The notes under the pieces were generated by a model. It was not told the DNA's origin and did no database searches. It saw only the letters and a list, made by a program, of their open reading frames with translations. DNA of 64,000 bases from an uncultured Nitrospiraceae bacterium (GTDB lineage: Bacteria > Nitrospirota > Nitrospiria > Nitrospirales > Nitrospiraceae), in the NCBI GenBank assembly GCA_963846575.1, contig CAWJWJ010000001.1, positions 480,001-544,000 on the forward strand, written 5' to 3'. Below are positions 1-10,813 of this stretch, piece by piece. Position numbers and translations under genes: made by a program. The number at the start of each line of letters is the position of its first letter. The first letter of the stretch is position 1.

Positions 1-2
1 CC

Positions 3-548
3 CATATCAGCAAACCATGGCATGTTGTCTTGAGATCCCCACGACAGACGCACCGTCTGGGACGAGGCCTTGGCCAATTGTTCAAGGGAGGCGAGGTGAT
101 AGCCCTCTCCGGGGAACTGGGCACAGGAAAAACCTCACTGGTCAGAGGCATCGCCGAGGGGTTGCGTGCGGAACCGACCGATGTCAGCAGTCCCACCTTT
201 ACCCTGATCCATGAATATCACGGACGGCTTCGGCTCGTTCATACCGATTTATACCGGCTGACCGCCTCACAACTCGAAGATACCGGCCTGAGTGACTACT
301 TAGACGGCCAGACCGTAACCGCGATCGAGTGGGCAGACCGATGGGGTAACGGCCTTCCTCTTGACCGTCTGGAGATTCATCTATCACACCATCCCCCCAG
401 GAGCCGCCGAGCGATTCTGACTGCCCAGGGGCTCGCGGCCTGCCGTTTGCTGGCCAAGCTTCGCACGCTCTGGTTGAAGAAACGTCCCCCTAGAGAGCCT
501 CGGCAAACCCGTGTACAATTGCCCCGGTCAAGGAGGACTGCACATTGA
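3..548 (+). CDS. tsaE: tRNA threonylcarbamoyladenosine biosynthesis ATPase TsaE (5' end runs off the window)
   Basis: GELGTGKT P-loop, SPTFTLIHEY, HTDLYRL and AIEWAD motifs; frame stays open back to position 3. Confidence 0.95.
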   Translation, partial: HISKPWHVVLRSPRQTHRLGRGLGQLFKGGEVIALSGELGTGKTSLVRGIAEGLRAEPTDVSSPTFTLIHEYHGRLRLVHTDLYRLTASQLEDTGLSDYLDGQTVTAIEWADRWGNGLPLDRLEIHLSHHPPRSRRAILTAQGLAACRLLAKLRTLWLKKRPPREPRQTRVQLPRSRRTAH

Positions 549-889
549 TTCGGTTGATACTGGTAGGGACGCTGCTCCTGCTTGCTTTGTCGTTTTTTCT
601 CCAGAATCAGGAACAAGAAGTCACACTGCGGTATTTTTTTGGGCTTCGATCAGCGTCGATTCTAATCTATAAGCCGATCCTAGCGTCTTTTGCTGTCGGC
701 CTGCTTGTGTCAGGAATTCTGCTATTCCCCGCCTGGGTACGCGGACGGATTGAACTGCGCCGAAAAACCAAGGCCCTTCAGGAAGCCGAGGTAGATCTGG
801 AACGACTTAGGCAGGCCCTGGATAAGGCCGCACGCCGCATTGGGCCGTCCGAGATTACCGGCTCCGAAGGAGAATCCTCAAATGGGTGA
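545..889 (+). CDS. LapA/DUF1049-family small inner membrane protein
   Basis: TM helix ending FFLQNQEQEVTLRY, second TM, C-terminal coiled coil; AGGAGG before TTG start. Confidence 0.75.
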   Translation: MIRLILVGTLLLLALSFFLQNQEQEVTLRYFFGLRSASILIYKPILASFAVGLLVSGILLFPAWVRGRIELRRKTKALQEAEVDLERLRQALDKAARRIGPSEITGSEGESSNG

Positions 890-3530
890 CATCGACGGCA
901 CCCCGTTGATGCGGCAGTATGGCGAGATCAAGCAGGCGTATCGTGACGCAATTGTGTTTTTTCGTGTCGGTGATTTTTATGAAATGTTCCAGGAGGATGC
1001 GGTCGAAGCGTCTAAACTTCTTTCAATCGCGCTGACATCACGAGACAAATCGAGTGCCACCCCGGTTCCTCTTTGCGGAGTTCCGTATCACGCCGCCCCC
1101 AATTACATCGCAAAACTACTCCGGGCAGGCCGCACGGTGGCGCTTTGTGAACAGGTGGAGGACCCCAAACTCGCCAAAGGACTTGTGCGGCGCGAGGTCG
1201 TCCGGCTCTATACTCCTGGCACCCTCATCGATAGCGAATTCCTTCCATCCAGTGACTCGAATGTACTGGCCGCTGTGGCCATCCGGATCCGCTCCCTGGG
1301 TGGGGGCCGTAGAGAATTGTCCTTTGGCTTAGCTGCCCTTGACGTATCAACCGGGGAATATTGGGTCAGTGAATATCATGGCGCCTCGTCCCAAACCGCT
1401 CTGTTGGACGAGTTGACTCGCCTGGAACCGAAGGAATTGTTATTTACCGACGGACTTTTACCGGAGGAGCGGCGCTGGATGGCTGATCTGACCGGCGTCC
1501 GCTGCTGCGCCCAGCCAGCTTCCTGGTTCGATCTGGACCAGGGGCGGATCATGCTACAAGAGCAGTTTCATGTGCATTCACTCGAAGCCTTTGGCTGTCA
1601 TACACTGATTCTCGCAATCCAAGCCGGCGCAGCTGTGCTGCGTTACATTCGGGGAACGCAACCCTCCGCTTCACTGGAACACATACGCCAGATACGCGTC
1701 AGACACCCCGATGACGCGATGCACCTCGATGCTGTGACTATTCGCAACCTGGAATTGGTGAAGCCTTCCGGCCGCGTGGACGAATCTTCAGGCTCCTCGT
1801 CTCACACCCTCCTGGGAGTTCTGGATCGCACCGTCACTGCCATGGGGAGCAGGCTGCTCCGGGAGTGGCTGCTTCGCCCCTTAATATCCTGTGAGGCGAT
1901 CGAGGCGCGCCATACGGCGGTCGACGAACTGATCACCCAACTCAATGCGCGAGTGCATCTTCGTTCGGCATTGCGAACAGTTCAGGATATCTCTCGGTTG
2001 TGCAGTCGCATTTCGGTTGGCATAGCCAATCCGCGAGATGTCTTGGCGTTGAAACTCTCCCTCGCCTCTCTTCCCGGAGTTCAAACCGGTCTGGCTACAC
2101 TGTCCGCTCCCCTCCTCACAGACCTGTCGGCAGCCTGGGACAACGCCCATGACCTCTACGAACTTCTCGAACAGGCGATTGTGTCGGACGCACCTATCTC
2201 GGTTCGCGATGGCGGCATTCTGAAAGACGGGTATCATCCGGAGGTAGATGAGCTTCGCAAAGCTAGTCGTGAAGGAAAAGGCTGGATAGCCGGGCTGGAG
2301 GCCAAGGAACGGGCCCGCACCGGCATCGAATCACTCAAAATCCGCTACAACCAAGTCTTCGGCTACTTCATTGAACTCACCAAAGCCAATCTTGGCAAGG
2401 TTCCACCGGACTTCATCCGGAAGCAGACTCTGGCGAATGCCGAACGATTTATGACCCCGGAGTTGAACGAACTCGAAGAAAAGGTGACCGGGGCCGATTC
2501 GAAACTGACGACGCTGGAGCAAAACCTCTTCGAGCAACTCAGAGCACGGTTGGCGGAGGAGACACAACGCCTCCAGGAGATCAGCCGGCGTTTGGCGACT
2601 CTGGATGTCCTCGCCGCCTTGGCAGAAATCGCCGCTCTGAACCGCTATGTACGACCAACAGTCGACGAAAGCGGTCGGCTTCATATCGATCAAGGCCGGC
2701 ACCCAGTAGTGGAACGCCTGGACCTTCCCGGCGGGTTCGTTCCAAATGATACATATCTGGACCTTGATACGAGCCGCTTGCACGTTCTGACCGGGCCGAA
2801 TATGGCAGGAAAAAGTACTTACCTCCGCCAAGTGGCACTCATCACCTTAATGGCCCAGATGGGAAGTTTTGTACCAGCCAGGGAAGCAAAGATCGGTATT
2901 GCCGATCGTGTCTTCACCCGCGTAGGCGCCTCCGACAACCTGGCTGCTGGCCAAAGCACCTTCATGGTCGAAATGACCGAGACGGCACATATTCTCAACT
3001 GTGCAACTGCCCGCAGCTTGATTCTCCTGGACGAAATCGGTCGCGGGACCAGCACTTATGATGGCTTGAGCATTGCCTGGGCGATCGCGGAATACATCCA
3101 GGATCCCCTCCGGCTTGGCGCACGGACACTGTTCGCCACGCACTACCATGAAATGACTCAACTCGAACGCCTTAGGGCGGGCATCACCAATTATTGCGTC
3201 GCCGTCCAGGAGAAGAACGGCGAGGTCCTTTTTTTACGCAAGATCATTCCCGGGGGGGCTGATCGCAGTTACGGCATTCATGTCGCGCAACTGGCCGGCC
3301 TTCCGGAACCGCTGATTCGACGTGCTCAGGCGATATTAGCCCAACTTGAATCCTCCTCGTCTTCCTCCCCCTCAGTTGTCTCGACATCCGAGCCCATAGA
3401 AACGGACAGCACCCTTCCAGCTCCGCATCCCATGCTTGATGAGGTACGGCAGATGGAACTCTTTTCGATGACGCCCCTGGAGGCCCTCAATCGTCTCGCG
3501 GCTCTTCAGCAACGATTGCTAACCGAATAG
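882..3530 (+). CDS. mutS: DNA mismatch repair protein MutS
   Basis: TPLMRQY, FRVGDFYEMF, TGPNMAGKSTYLRQ, DEIGRGTST, SYGIHVA; ATG at 882 preferred over TTG at 840. Confidence 0.99.
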   Translation: MGDIDGTPLMRQYGEIKQAYRDAIVFFRVGDFYEMFQEDAVEASKLLSIALTSRDKSSATPVPLCGVPYHAAPNYIAKLLRAGRTVALCEQVEDPKLAKGLVRREVVRLYTPGTLIDSEFLPSSDSNVLAAVAIRIRSLGGGRRELSFGLAALDVSTGEYWVSEYHGASSQTALLDELTRLEPKELLFTDGLLPEERRWMADLTGVRCCAQPASWFDLDQGRIMLQEQFHVHSLEAFGCHTLILAIQAGAAVLRYIRGTQPSASLEHIRQIRVRHPDDAMHLDAVTIRNLELVKPSGRVDESSGSSSHTLLGVLDRTVTAMGSRLLREWLLRPLISCEAIEARHTAVDELITQLNARVHLRSALRTVQDISRLCSRISVGIANPRDVLALKLSLASLPGVQTGLATLSAPLLTDLSAAWDNAHDLYELLEQAIVSDAPISVRDGGILKDGYHPEVDELRKASREGKGWIAGLEAKERARTGIESLKIRYNQVFGYFIELTKANLGKVPPDFIRKQTLANAERFMTPELNELEEKVTGADSKLTTLEQNLFEQLRARLAEETQRLQEISRRLATLDVLAALAEIAALNRYVRPTVDESGRLHIDQGRHPVVERLDLPGGFVPNDTYLDLDTSRLHVLTGPNMAGKSTYLRQVALITLMAQMGSFVPAREAKIGIADRVFTRVGASDNLAAGQSTFMVEMTETAHILNCATARSLILLDEIGRGTSTYDGLSIAWAIAEYIQDPLRLGARTLFATHYHEMTQLERLRAGITNYCVAVQEKNGEVLFLRKIIPGGADRSYGIHVAQLAGLPEPLIRRAQAILAQLESSSSSSPSVVSTSEPIETDSTLPAPHPMLDEVRQMELFSMTPLEALNRLAALQQRLLTE

Positions 3531-3563
3531 TTGCCTTCTCACCCCAGAACTATTCAGGTGCTG

Positions 3564-3609
3564 AAAAAAACAAAGGCGGCGCTCCTTCCGGAGCACCGCC
3601 TTCATTTTT
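3564..3609. terminator. Probable bidirectional intrinsic terminator
   Basis: A-run, AAGGCGGCGCTCC-TTCC-GGAGCACCGCCTT hairpin, then T-run; lies between convergent genes. Confidence 0.8.
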
Positions 3610-3631
3610 CAGCCCGTGGGACTAAAACCTA

Positions 3632-4312
3632 CTAGTGCTTAGCACTTCCACGGTTATACTGTGCCGTCCAGGGAATGAGGTTGGCAAGCGGCTTGCCATC
3701 CGGCGTCAGTACGTCATACTGCATCAGCACATTCGCTCCATCTGGAGACTTCGGTGACGTGTTGAGCATCGTCATCGCCGCTGCACAGGCTGGGTCCTGC
3801 ACGGCCTTCCCTTCACAATCCTTCAGGCGAAGGGATGAAATGCTCCTGGTCTTGCCCATCTCTCCTGCATTGTCATTGAGCTTCTTGACGGTTGAAATCA
3901 CGCGGTGATTTTGCTCGGTCTCCTGTGCCACGAATTCCACCAAAGTGGTCGGCGAACCTGGCGGAACCTCTTTCGCCGCGGCCGGGCCGGCATGCGGACG
4001 AGCCATCGACTTCAATTGCTCCCAGACATTCTTGTCAGCAGGATAGAACTTGAGATTCTTTCCCGGGTGAATGCGCTGCCAGAACAGGCCGCTTTCGGCA
4101 TTACCACCAAACACCGCGATATTGATCCAGACCGCTTCATCATAGGGATCCAAAATAATCACTCGCCCCTGAAGCGTCGTGGGCTTGCTCAAATCTCCCC
4201 ATTCAAAGCGTTCCTGGAACGCCTCAATGGCCATTGCGGTGGAGGCAAACCCCACCACCAGAGCCACGGCAGCCATGAAAGACCACCCCTGCTTTTGAAG
4301 CTTCATCATCAC
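3632..4312 (-). CDS. Exported protein of unknown function
   Basis: Sec-type signal peptide (ASTAMA), TAAGGAGG RBS, 226 aa, two Cys. Confidence 0.85.
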   Translation of the reverse strand: MMMKLQKQGWSFMAAVALVVGFASTAMAIEAFQERFEWGDLSKPTTLQGRVIILDPYDEAVWINIAVFGGNAESGLFWQRIHPGKNLKFYPADKNVWEQLKSMARPHAGPAAAKEVPPGSPTTLVEFVAQETEQNHRVISTVKKLNDNAGEMGKTRSISSLRLKDCEGKAVQDPACAAAMTMLNTSPKSPDGANVLMQYDVLTPDGKPLANLIPWTAQYNRGSAKH

Positions 4313-4366
4313 ATCCTCCTTAAAGAAGACAAAAGAGTCTAAAGAATGTCGCCTCGCATATAAATT

Positions 4367-4879
4367 TTACTTCAAGAGCTTAAAGCCGGTAATGGTTCGA
4401 CCATCAAGTGTTACTTCCATCGCCACGAGTTCCTGCGATGCCTTGATGATCTGATCCATCAGGTTCTTGTCCTTGACAGACAAGCGAACCGTAGTGGCGG
4501 AATTATACCAACCGGCGTAGGGATTGTTTTTGTCAGTGCCACCGGTAAAACCCCAGGCGCAACATACAAAGAGTGGATCCGGAGGCTTAACGTCCATCTG
4601 CGTGGAAGAGCGGCCACCACCCTCCCCAGAGGCTGGTTCAGCCGTATTCCAGTACTGAATCCCAAAGAGAATTTCGCTCTCAGGATTGTCCGCCCACTGC
4701 GACCAGACACGCCCCTTCAAGGTGTTGGTGGTTTCGCCCTTATAGAGCTTTCCACTTCCCGTAGTTATTTCGCTGACACCACCCCCTGATGGAGCGTCAG
4801 CTGCCACCGAAATCCCGGAGGCGAGCAAACCAATAACGGAGGACACTGCAAGTGTGGCTAGAATTCCGACCCTATTCAT
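4367..4879 (-). CDS. Exported protein of unknown function (vicinal Cys-Cys)
   Basis: Signal peptide (GISVAA), AAGGAGG RBS, 170 aa, VCCAW. Confidence 0.85.
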   Translation of the reverse strand: MNRVGILATLAVSSVIGLLASGISVAADAPSGGGVSEITTGSGKLYKGETTNTLKGRVWSQWADNPESEILFGIQYWNTAEPASGEGGGRSSTQMDVKPPDPLFVCCAWGFTGGTDKNNPYAGWYNSATTVRLSVKDKNLMDQIIKASQELVAMEVTLDGRTITGFKLLK

Positions 4880-5072
4880 AACCCTACCCTCCTTGGAAAA
4901 ATGATGACCAGAGAAACTTTAAATCAAGACGCTCTAAAAAAAGAGTTCAAAAAACACAATTCAGAGAACGCGCTAGGAGGAGGAAGTGTGACTGACACCC
5001 CCTTTCTCTCTGCTTACCTTCCCCTGTAATGCAGCCGAAATAAAATTACAATTTGGTAGTGAAAACGCGGCC

Positions 5073-5101
5073 ATGGTACTGAAATCCATGAAAGGTGTCA
5101 A
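5073..5101 (-). promoter_or_regulatory. sigma70-type promoter for the 4879/4312 gene pair
   Basis: Minus strand TTGACA-17 bp-TACCAT in an AT-rich intergenic region. Confidence 0.7.
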
Positions 5102-5248
5102 GGAAATGTTTTGCCGTTCCATCATCACCTTCGCTAACTTGGATCAATTACGTTATCAAAGACTTATTCTATTTTACGTCGTAGTTTCGCATGCTGATTT
5201 GATCCGAAACCCCGCCGGTGAGGCCGCGAATCTGTGATGCCTTAGGCC

Positions 5249-6502
5249 TTAAGTCGCGAATGATTGCAGGCTCCGGGATGAGATCGGCCCCAACGCCGTG
5301 ATAGCCAGACATTGCTCATCCAGCAAAGTTTGCGCCACTCGGTAGACCTGATCGGTGGTAACACGATCGATTTCTGTTGTCATCTGTTCTAGTGAAACGT
5401 GGCAGCCTTGCGTCAACTCATCCTTGGCCAACTTGCTCATACGACTATGCGAACTCTCCAAACTGAGCATCAAACTCCCCTTCATTTGATTTTTAACTCG
5501 AGCCAGATCCTTCGCATCGATCCCGCGAGTGCGAAGCTTCTTCAGTTCGCGGCACACGACGTCCACGACGCGCTGAACTTCCTTCGGTCTCGTGCCCGCA
5601 TAAACAGTGATCATGCCCCCATCGGAATAGGTGGACAGAAAGGAATAAATAGAATAGACGAGGCCTCGCTTCTCTCGCACTTCCTGAAAAAGACGCGAAC
5701 TGACACTCCCCCCCAACACTCCGTTTAACGCGTGGGCCGCATAACGATCTTTGTGTCCGGCAGCCAGACCTTGAAGCCCTAAACAGAGGTGAACCTGCTC
5801 CAATGTCTTACGCTTTACCAGTACGCCCCCTCCGACTTCAGGCGGCCGACGAGTCGACCTAACCGGCGTGCCTTTGTGCGAATCGGAGAAGTACCGGGCC
5901 AGTAGCCGCTCCAAACGGCTCCAAGTAAAGTTTCCTGCCACCGCCACCACCGTGCGTTCCGGATCATAGTGCGACCCGACATAGGCAAGCAAATCATTGC
6001 GGCCGAGAGCTTGAATCCGCGGGGCCTGGCCCAGAATTGGTCTACCCAGCGGATGGCTCCCCAAGGTGTGTTTCATGTGGAGTTCCTGAACAAGATCCTC
6101 GGGATCGTCCTGAACCATTCGGATCTCTTCGAGTACCACCTGCTTTTCCTTCTCCACCTCCTTGGATTCGAAGCGTGAACGGTAGAACAGATCCGAAAGA
6201 AGCTCCAAAGCGGCTTCGAGTTGCTGATCCAGCACCTTCACATAGAAGGTCGTGGTTTCACGAGTGGTGAACGCATTCATTTCCCCACCCAACGCATCGA
6301 TCTCACGGGATATCTGCGTTGCAGACCGGCTTCGCGTGCCCTTGAAAAACATGTGCTCGAGGAAATGGGAGAGCCCTTCTTCGCCACGCTGCTCGTCGCG
6401 AGATCCGACATTCACCCAGATCCCAATCGTGACAGACTTCAGTGTCGGGATCAGTTCGGCCACAATACGCAGCCGGTTGTCCAAAACGATCTTACGATAC
6501 AC
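5249..6502 (-). CDS. M16 family (pitrilysin-like) zinc peptidase
   Basis: HFLEHMFFKGT inverted zinc motif, NAFTT, SRLFQEVREKRGLVY; usual position after pnp. Confidence 0.96.
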   Translation of the reverse strand: MYRKIVLDNRLRIVAELIPTLKSVTIGIWVNVGSRDEQRGEEGLSHFLEHMFFKGTRSRSATQISREIDALGGEMNAFTTRETTTFYVKVLDQQLEAALELLSDLFYRSRFESKEVEKEKQVVLEEIRMVQDDPEDLVQELHMKHTLGSHPLGRPILGQAPRIQALGRNDLLAYVGSHYDPERTVVAVAGNFTWSRLERLLARYFSDSHKGTPVRSTRRPPEVGGGVLVKRKTLEQVHLCLGLQGLAAGHKDRYAAHALNGVLGGSVSSRLFQEVREKRGLVYSIYSFLSTYSDGGMITVYAGTRPKEVQRVVDVVCRELKKLRTRGIDAKDLARVKNQMKGSLMLSLESSHSRMSKLAKDELTQGCHVSLEQMTTEIDRVTTDQVYRVAQTLLDEQCLAITALGPISSRSLQSFAT

Positions 6503-6508
6503 GATCGA

Positions 6509-8626
6509 TTAACCTGCCGGCGTGGGCTCGGTGGCAGGAGAGCCAGCTGGCGCCGGCATCGCTTCCTTCCGGCTTAGGCGTATCTTTCCCTGCTTATCTA
6601 TTTCCAGCACCTTGACCATCACCTGGTCACCCTCGGACACCTCGTCTGTCACCGCCTTGACCCGATGATGGGCGAGCTGGGAGATATGGACAAGTCCATC
6701 GGTTCCCGGCAAAACCTCGACAAAAGCGCCGAAATCCATGATCTTCCGAACGGTGCCACGATAGATCTTGCCGACCTCCACTTCCTCGGTCAGACGCTTA
6801 ATCATATCGATTGCCTTCTGTGCCGATGCCTCATCCGAGGAGGCAATCGTAACGTCCCCTGTGTCTTCGACATTAATCTTTACACCGGTCTCCGAAATGA
6901 TGCTGCGAATCATTTTTCCGCCTGGACCAATGACGTCGCGAATTTTATCTTGTTTGATCTTCATCGGGAAAATTCGCGGTGCGAAGGCGGACAGTTTGGT
7001 CCGCGGGGTAGTCAGAGCCTGAGCCATACACCCAAGGATGTGCAACCTTCCCGCTTTTGCCTGTTCCAAAGCCTCCCGCATAAGGGTAGACGTAATGCCG
7101 CCAATCTTGATGTCCATCTGGAGCGCCGTCACTCCGTTCTTTGTCCCCGTCACCTTGAAATCCATATCGCCCAGGTGATCTTCGAGACCAAGAATATCGG
7201 AGAGAACCAATACCTGCTCCCCTTCTTTAATCAACCCCATGGCGATGCCCGCCACCGGCTCCTTGATAGGAACGCCGGCGTCCAGCAAAGCCAACGTACC
7301 GCCACAGACCGTGGCCATAGAGGATGATCCATTCGACTCCAGGATTTCCGAGACGAGTCTCAAGGTATAGGGGAATTTATCTTTGGCGGGAATGACCGAT
7401 TTCAACGCCCGTTCCGCCAGCGCGCCATGCCCAACCTCACGACGACCCGGTGACCGAAGCGGTCGTGCCTCACCAACGCTGAAAGGCGGGAAATTGTAAT
7501 GCAGCATGAAGGTGCGCATGTACTCACCTTCCAAAGCATCGATGCGCTGCTCGTCATCAGTCGTGCCGAGCGTCACGACTGCAAGGCTCTGGGTCTCGCC
7601 TCGAGTGAAGACCGCGGATCCATGGGCTCTTGGCAGCACCCCTACCTCGCAGGTAATCGGACGAATGTCCGTTGGGCCGCGACCATCCGCACGCACCCGT
7701 TTTTCGAGAATCATGTTACGCACTTCCGTATATTCCAGGCCGTGAAAAATAATCTTCACGTGCCGGTCCCGATTCGGCTCCTCGGACTTGAGCTTCGCAA
7801 TCGTCTCCGTCAACACCTGATCCAACCGTTCCTGCCGCGCACTTTTATTGGGAATCAGGATCGCTTCACGGATCGGTCCGGCCACTAATTCACGCACCTG
7901 TGACGTCAGTGCCGCATCGATAGCCTCCTGCTTCACTACTCGCTTTGGTTTGCCGGCGAGCCCGCGCAACTCCTCGATCTTCGCCACGATTTTCTTTATC
8001 TCGCTATGCGCCAATTCGATTGCTTCCAGCATAGTCGATTCGGATAACTCGCTAGCTCCGGCTTCCACCATCATAACGGCATCCGCCGTCCCAGCCACGA
8101 CCAGATGGAGTTCACTCGTCTCCAGCACCTCTAAGTCAGGATTCACCACGAATTGGCCGTCGACACGCCCGATCTTGACGGCTGCAATGGGGCCGTTGAA
8201 CGGGATATTGGAGATGGCCAGCGCCGCGGAAGCCGCAATCAGCCCGATTACATCCGACACGCCGGTCTTGTCGGCAGACAACACCGAGGCAATGACTTGG
8301 GTTTCGAAGTAGTATCCCTCCGGGAACAGGGGCCGTAGCGGGCGATCGATCAACCGGCTGGTGAGCACTTCTCGTTCAGACGGACGACCTTCGCGTTTGA
8401 AATAGCCACCAGGTATCTTTCCTGCGGCATATGTCTTTTCCTGGTAATCCACGGTCAGCGGCAGAAAATCCACACCAGGCTTGGCGTTTTGTGACGCCAC
8501 GGCCGTTGCCAGCACGACGGTATCGCCATAAGTCGCCCAAATGGCCCCATCTGCCTGTTTAGCAATGCGACCGGTCTCCAGCGTCAACCGGCGACCCGCA
8601 AGTTCAATCTCTACAGTATGTTTCAT
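6509..8626 (-). CDS. pnp: Polyribonucleotide nucleotidyltransferase
   Basis: [32 protein letters not shown] and S1 domains. Confidence 0.99.
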   Translation of the reverse strand: MKHTVEIELAGRRLTLETGRIAKQADGAIWATYGDTVVLATAVASQNAKPGVDFLPLTVDYQEKTYAAGKIPGGYFKREGRPSEREVLTSRLIDRPLRPLFPEGYYFETQVIASVLSADKTGVSDVIGLIAASAALAISNIPFNGPIAAVKIGRVDGQFVVNPDLEVLETSELHLVVAGTADAVMMVEAGASELSESTMLEAIELAHSEIKKIVAKIEELRGLAGKPKRVVKQEAIDAALTSQVRELVAGPIREAILIPNKSARQERLDQVLTETIAKLKSEEPNRDRHVKIIFHGLEYTEVRNMILEKRVRADGRGPTDIRPITCEVGVLPRAHGSAVFTRGETQSLAVVTLGTTDDEQRIDALEGEYMRTFMLHYNFPPFSVGEARPLRSPGRREVGHGALAERALKSVIPAKDKFPYTLRLVSEILESNGSSSMATVCGGTLALLDAGVPIKEPVAGIAMGLIKEGEQVLVLSDILGLEDHLGDMDFKVTGTKNGVTALQMDIKIGGITSTLMREALEQAKAGRLHILGCMAQALTTPRTKLSAFAPRIFPMKIKQDKIRDVIGPGGKMIRSIISETGVKINVEDTGDVTIASSDEASAQKAIDMIKRLTEEVEVGKIYRGTVRKIMDFGAFVEVLPGTDGLVHISQLAHHRVKAVTDEVSEGDQVMVKVLEIDKQGKIRLSRKEAMPAPAGSPATEPTPAG

Positions 8627-8770
8627 CTATGGTCTCCTTCAGTTAAGTCCCACAGATGCCCACAGAGATACGCTCCATCGAAAGACCGATTCCGGTCGAT
8701 CCGGCTCTCATTACGTTCATCGAACATAACGCGAGGCGAGCCTATGTCAGTGTTCACCTGCAAGGACAAT

Positions 8771-8802
8771 AGTCGCCGCCACGTGAAATGGTGGCGGCGA
8801 CT
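8771..8802 (-). terminator. Hairpin after rpsO (terminator or processing stem)
   Basis: 12-bp perfect stem AGTCGCCGCCAC/GTGGCGGCGACT; only a weak U tract. Confidence 0.55.
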
Positions 8803-8813
8803 CGTTCACACGC

Positions 8814-9083
8814 TTATTTACGAATGCCCAGACGCTCTAAAATCGCACGATACCGCGCCTCGCTGATATGACGAAGGTAATCCAAGAGCCGTCGTCGCCG
8901 CCCGACTAATGTCAACAGCCCGCGACGAGAGTGGTGGTCCTTCTTGTGTAACTTAAAATGTTCCGTCAGATAGGTGATACGGTTCGTCAGAATGGCAATT
9001 TGCACTTCTGGAGAGCCGGTGTCCTTATCGTGCTGTTGGAAACTTTTCACCAGCTCCGTTTTTACTTCTTTCACGAGTGCCAT
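8814..9083 (-). CDS. rpsO: 30S ribosomal protein S15
   Basis: [25 protein letters not shown]. Confidence 0.99.
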   Translation of the reverse strand: MALVKEVKTELVKSFQQHDKDTGSPEVQIAILTNRITYLTEHFKLHKKDHHSRRGLLTLVGRRRRLLDYLRHISEARYRAILERLGIRK

Positions 9084-9097
9084 ACGTGTCTGCTCCT

Positions 9098-10120
9098 CTA
9101 TTGAATTCGCGATTCTACCGTCTTGTCATCTTGCGTGACCAATACTTTCGAAACAGCAATCGATTGTTCGCTGAGACTCGGCTTCTCAATCTCCCCACTC
9201 ACCGGCAGCATCCCAATAGCCAGCAGACGCCCGGATTCGTCCCTCAGGCGGATAGCCCGACTTGACCCAGCCCCGACCGACGTGGGCCAGCCGTCCCATC
9301 TCAGTACTTCCGTGAAGGAAACTGGCATTCCGTGCAACACTCGTCTGGCCGTCCCAGCTCCCACGATGCAGGCCGGAAGGCTGGCCAGCGCTTCGTCCAG
9401 ACTGAGCATCGAAGTGGCGAGTGTGCCCTGCTTCAAACGTGACTCGACCTCATCCACCGTTAGCGCCCGTTCCACCATGAGCGGGCCCACACGCTCGCGA
9501 ATCAAGCTCGACATATGGCCACCCACTCCCAGTCTGTCGCCGATATCCGCGCACAGTGTCCGCACATAGGTGCCCTTGGAACAGACCACCCGGATTGTCA
9601 CATCGGGAATCTGAATATCGACAATGTCGAGGCGAAAAATTGTCACTTCCCGGGACTGGCGCTCGACGTCGCGCCCGGCGCGTGCTGCTTTATATAACGG
9701 GACACCGCCCACCTTGACCGCCGAGTACATCGGCGGAATCTGGCGAATGGGCCCTTGGAACTCTGCCGTGACCTTGCGAATTCCACTTTCCGTCACCGAC
9801 TCGGTCGCCGCCTGCTGAAGCACAGTTCCGGTGGCATCCTGCGTGTCGGTGGTTATGCCGAGTCGCAAGCATGCCAAATAGGTCTTGTCCCATTCCACTA
9901 AATAATCTGCGATACGAGTCCCGCGCCCTATCAGCAACGGCAATACGCCGGTTGCTGCCGGATCCAACGTGCCGGCATGGCCCAACTTCATTCCCTGCAA
10001 CCTTCCACGAATCCGGGCCACCACGTCATGCGAAGTCCATCCCGCTTCCTTGCGGACATTGAGTACCCCGTCCTGGAGAACGGAACCCAATCGGTGATCC
10101 TTGGTGGCGATCATGGTCAC
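9098..10120 (-). CDS. truB: tRNA pseudouridine(55) synthase TruB
   Basis: [34 protein letters not shown]. Confidence 0.98.
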   Translation of the reverse strand: MTMIATKDHRLGSVLQDGVLNVRKEAGWTSHDVVARIRGRLQGMKLGHAGTLDPAATGVLPLLIGRGTRIADYLVEWDKTYLACLRLGITTDTQDATGTVLQQAATESVTESGIRKVTAEFQGPIRQIPPMYSAVKVGGVPLYKAARAGRDVERQSREVTIFRLDIVDIQIPDVTIRVVCSKGTYVRTLCADIGDRLGVGGHMSSLIRERVGPLMVERALTVDEVESRLKQGTLATSMLSLDEALASLPACIVGAGTARRVLHGMPVSFTEVLRWDGWPTSVGAGSSRAIRLRDESGRLLAIGMLPVSGEIEKPSLSEQSIAVSKVLVTQDDKTVESRIQ

Positions 10121-10123
10121 AGC

Positions 10124-10522
10124 CTAAACATCGCTAGGACTAGCTTCGTCCGCTGTCTCGGTTTGAATGTGGTCACGGTGCAAGCCGTCCAACAATTCCA
10201 AGACCCGATCGGCTCGGGGGCCGCTCACGTCCTTCACAAACATCAATTCCGGCAGATACCTCAGCGCCAACCGGCGCCCCAGCTCGGCCCGTACAAATCC
10301 GCTCGCCTTAGCCAGGCCTTCGAACACGTACCGCTCACCCTCTTTCGGCTCCATGGTAGTAACATAGACTCGAGCGATACGCAGATCCTTGGTCAGTTCC
10401 ACGTCAGTCACGGTGACCGTGCGCACACGCGGGTCCTTGATTTTTCGCATGAGGATGTCCGCGACTTCCATGCGGATCTGGTCCGCCACGCGATCGGCCC
10501 GGTTATACGTCGATTTGCTCAT
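10124..10522 (-). CDS. rbfA: Ribosome-binding factor A
   Basis: RADRVADQI, KDPR, DLRIARVY, LRYLPELMF; operon position. Confidence 0.97.
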   Translation of the reverse strand: MSKSTYNRADRVADQIRMEVADILMRKIKDPRVRTVTVTDVELTKDLRIARVYVTTMEPKEGERYVFEGLAKASGFVRAELGRRLALRYLPELMFVKDVSGPRADRVLELLDGLHRDHIQTETADEASPSDV

Positions 10523-10531
10523 GAAGTGGCC

Positions 10532-10813
10532 TCAGAGCAACTCAATGTGCGAACGCACCAGTTGAATCGTGGGCATACTCCGAATGAGATTCACAGCTTG
10601 ATCCATCACTTGATTCACATGCACGGATTCGTTGGCGACACAGGCCAGACCGAGAATCGCCTTTTGCCACAAATCCTGCTCTCCCACCTCGGCAACCGAA
10701 AGATTGAACTTGTCTCGCAATCGAGTCTTCACGCTCTGCAAGACGCGACGCTTATCTTTCAGTGAATGGCCGTCAGGGATGAATAACTCCACCGTACAAA
10801 GCCCTACGATCAT
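10532..10813 (-). CDS. DUF503 (YlxP-like) protein
   Basis: [25 protein letters not shown]; between infB and rbfA. Confidence 0.93.
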   Translation of the reverse strand: MIVGLCTVELFIPDGHSLKDKRRVLQSVKTRLRDKFNLSVAEVGEQDLWQKAILGLACVANESVHVNQVMDQAVNLIRSMPTIQLVRSHIELL

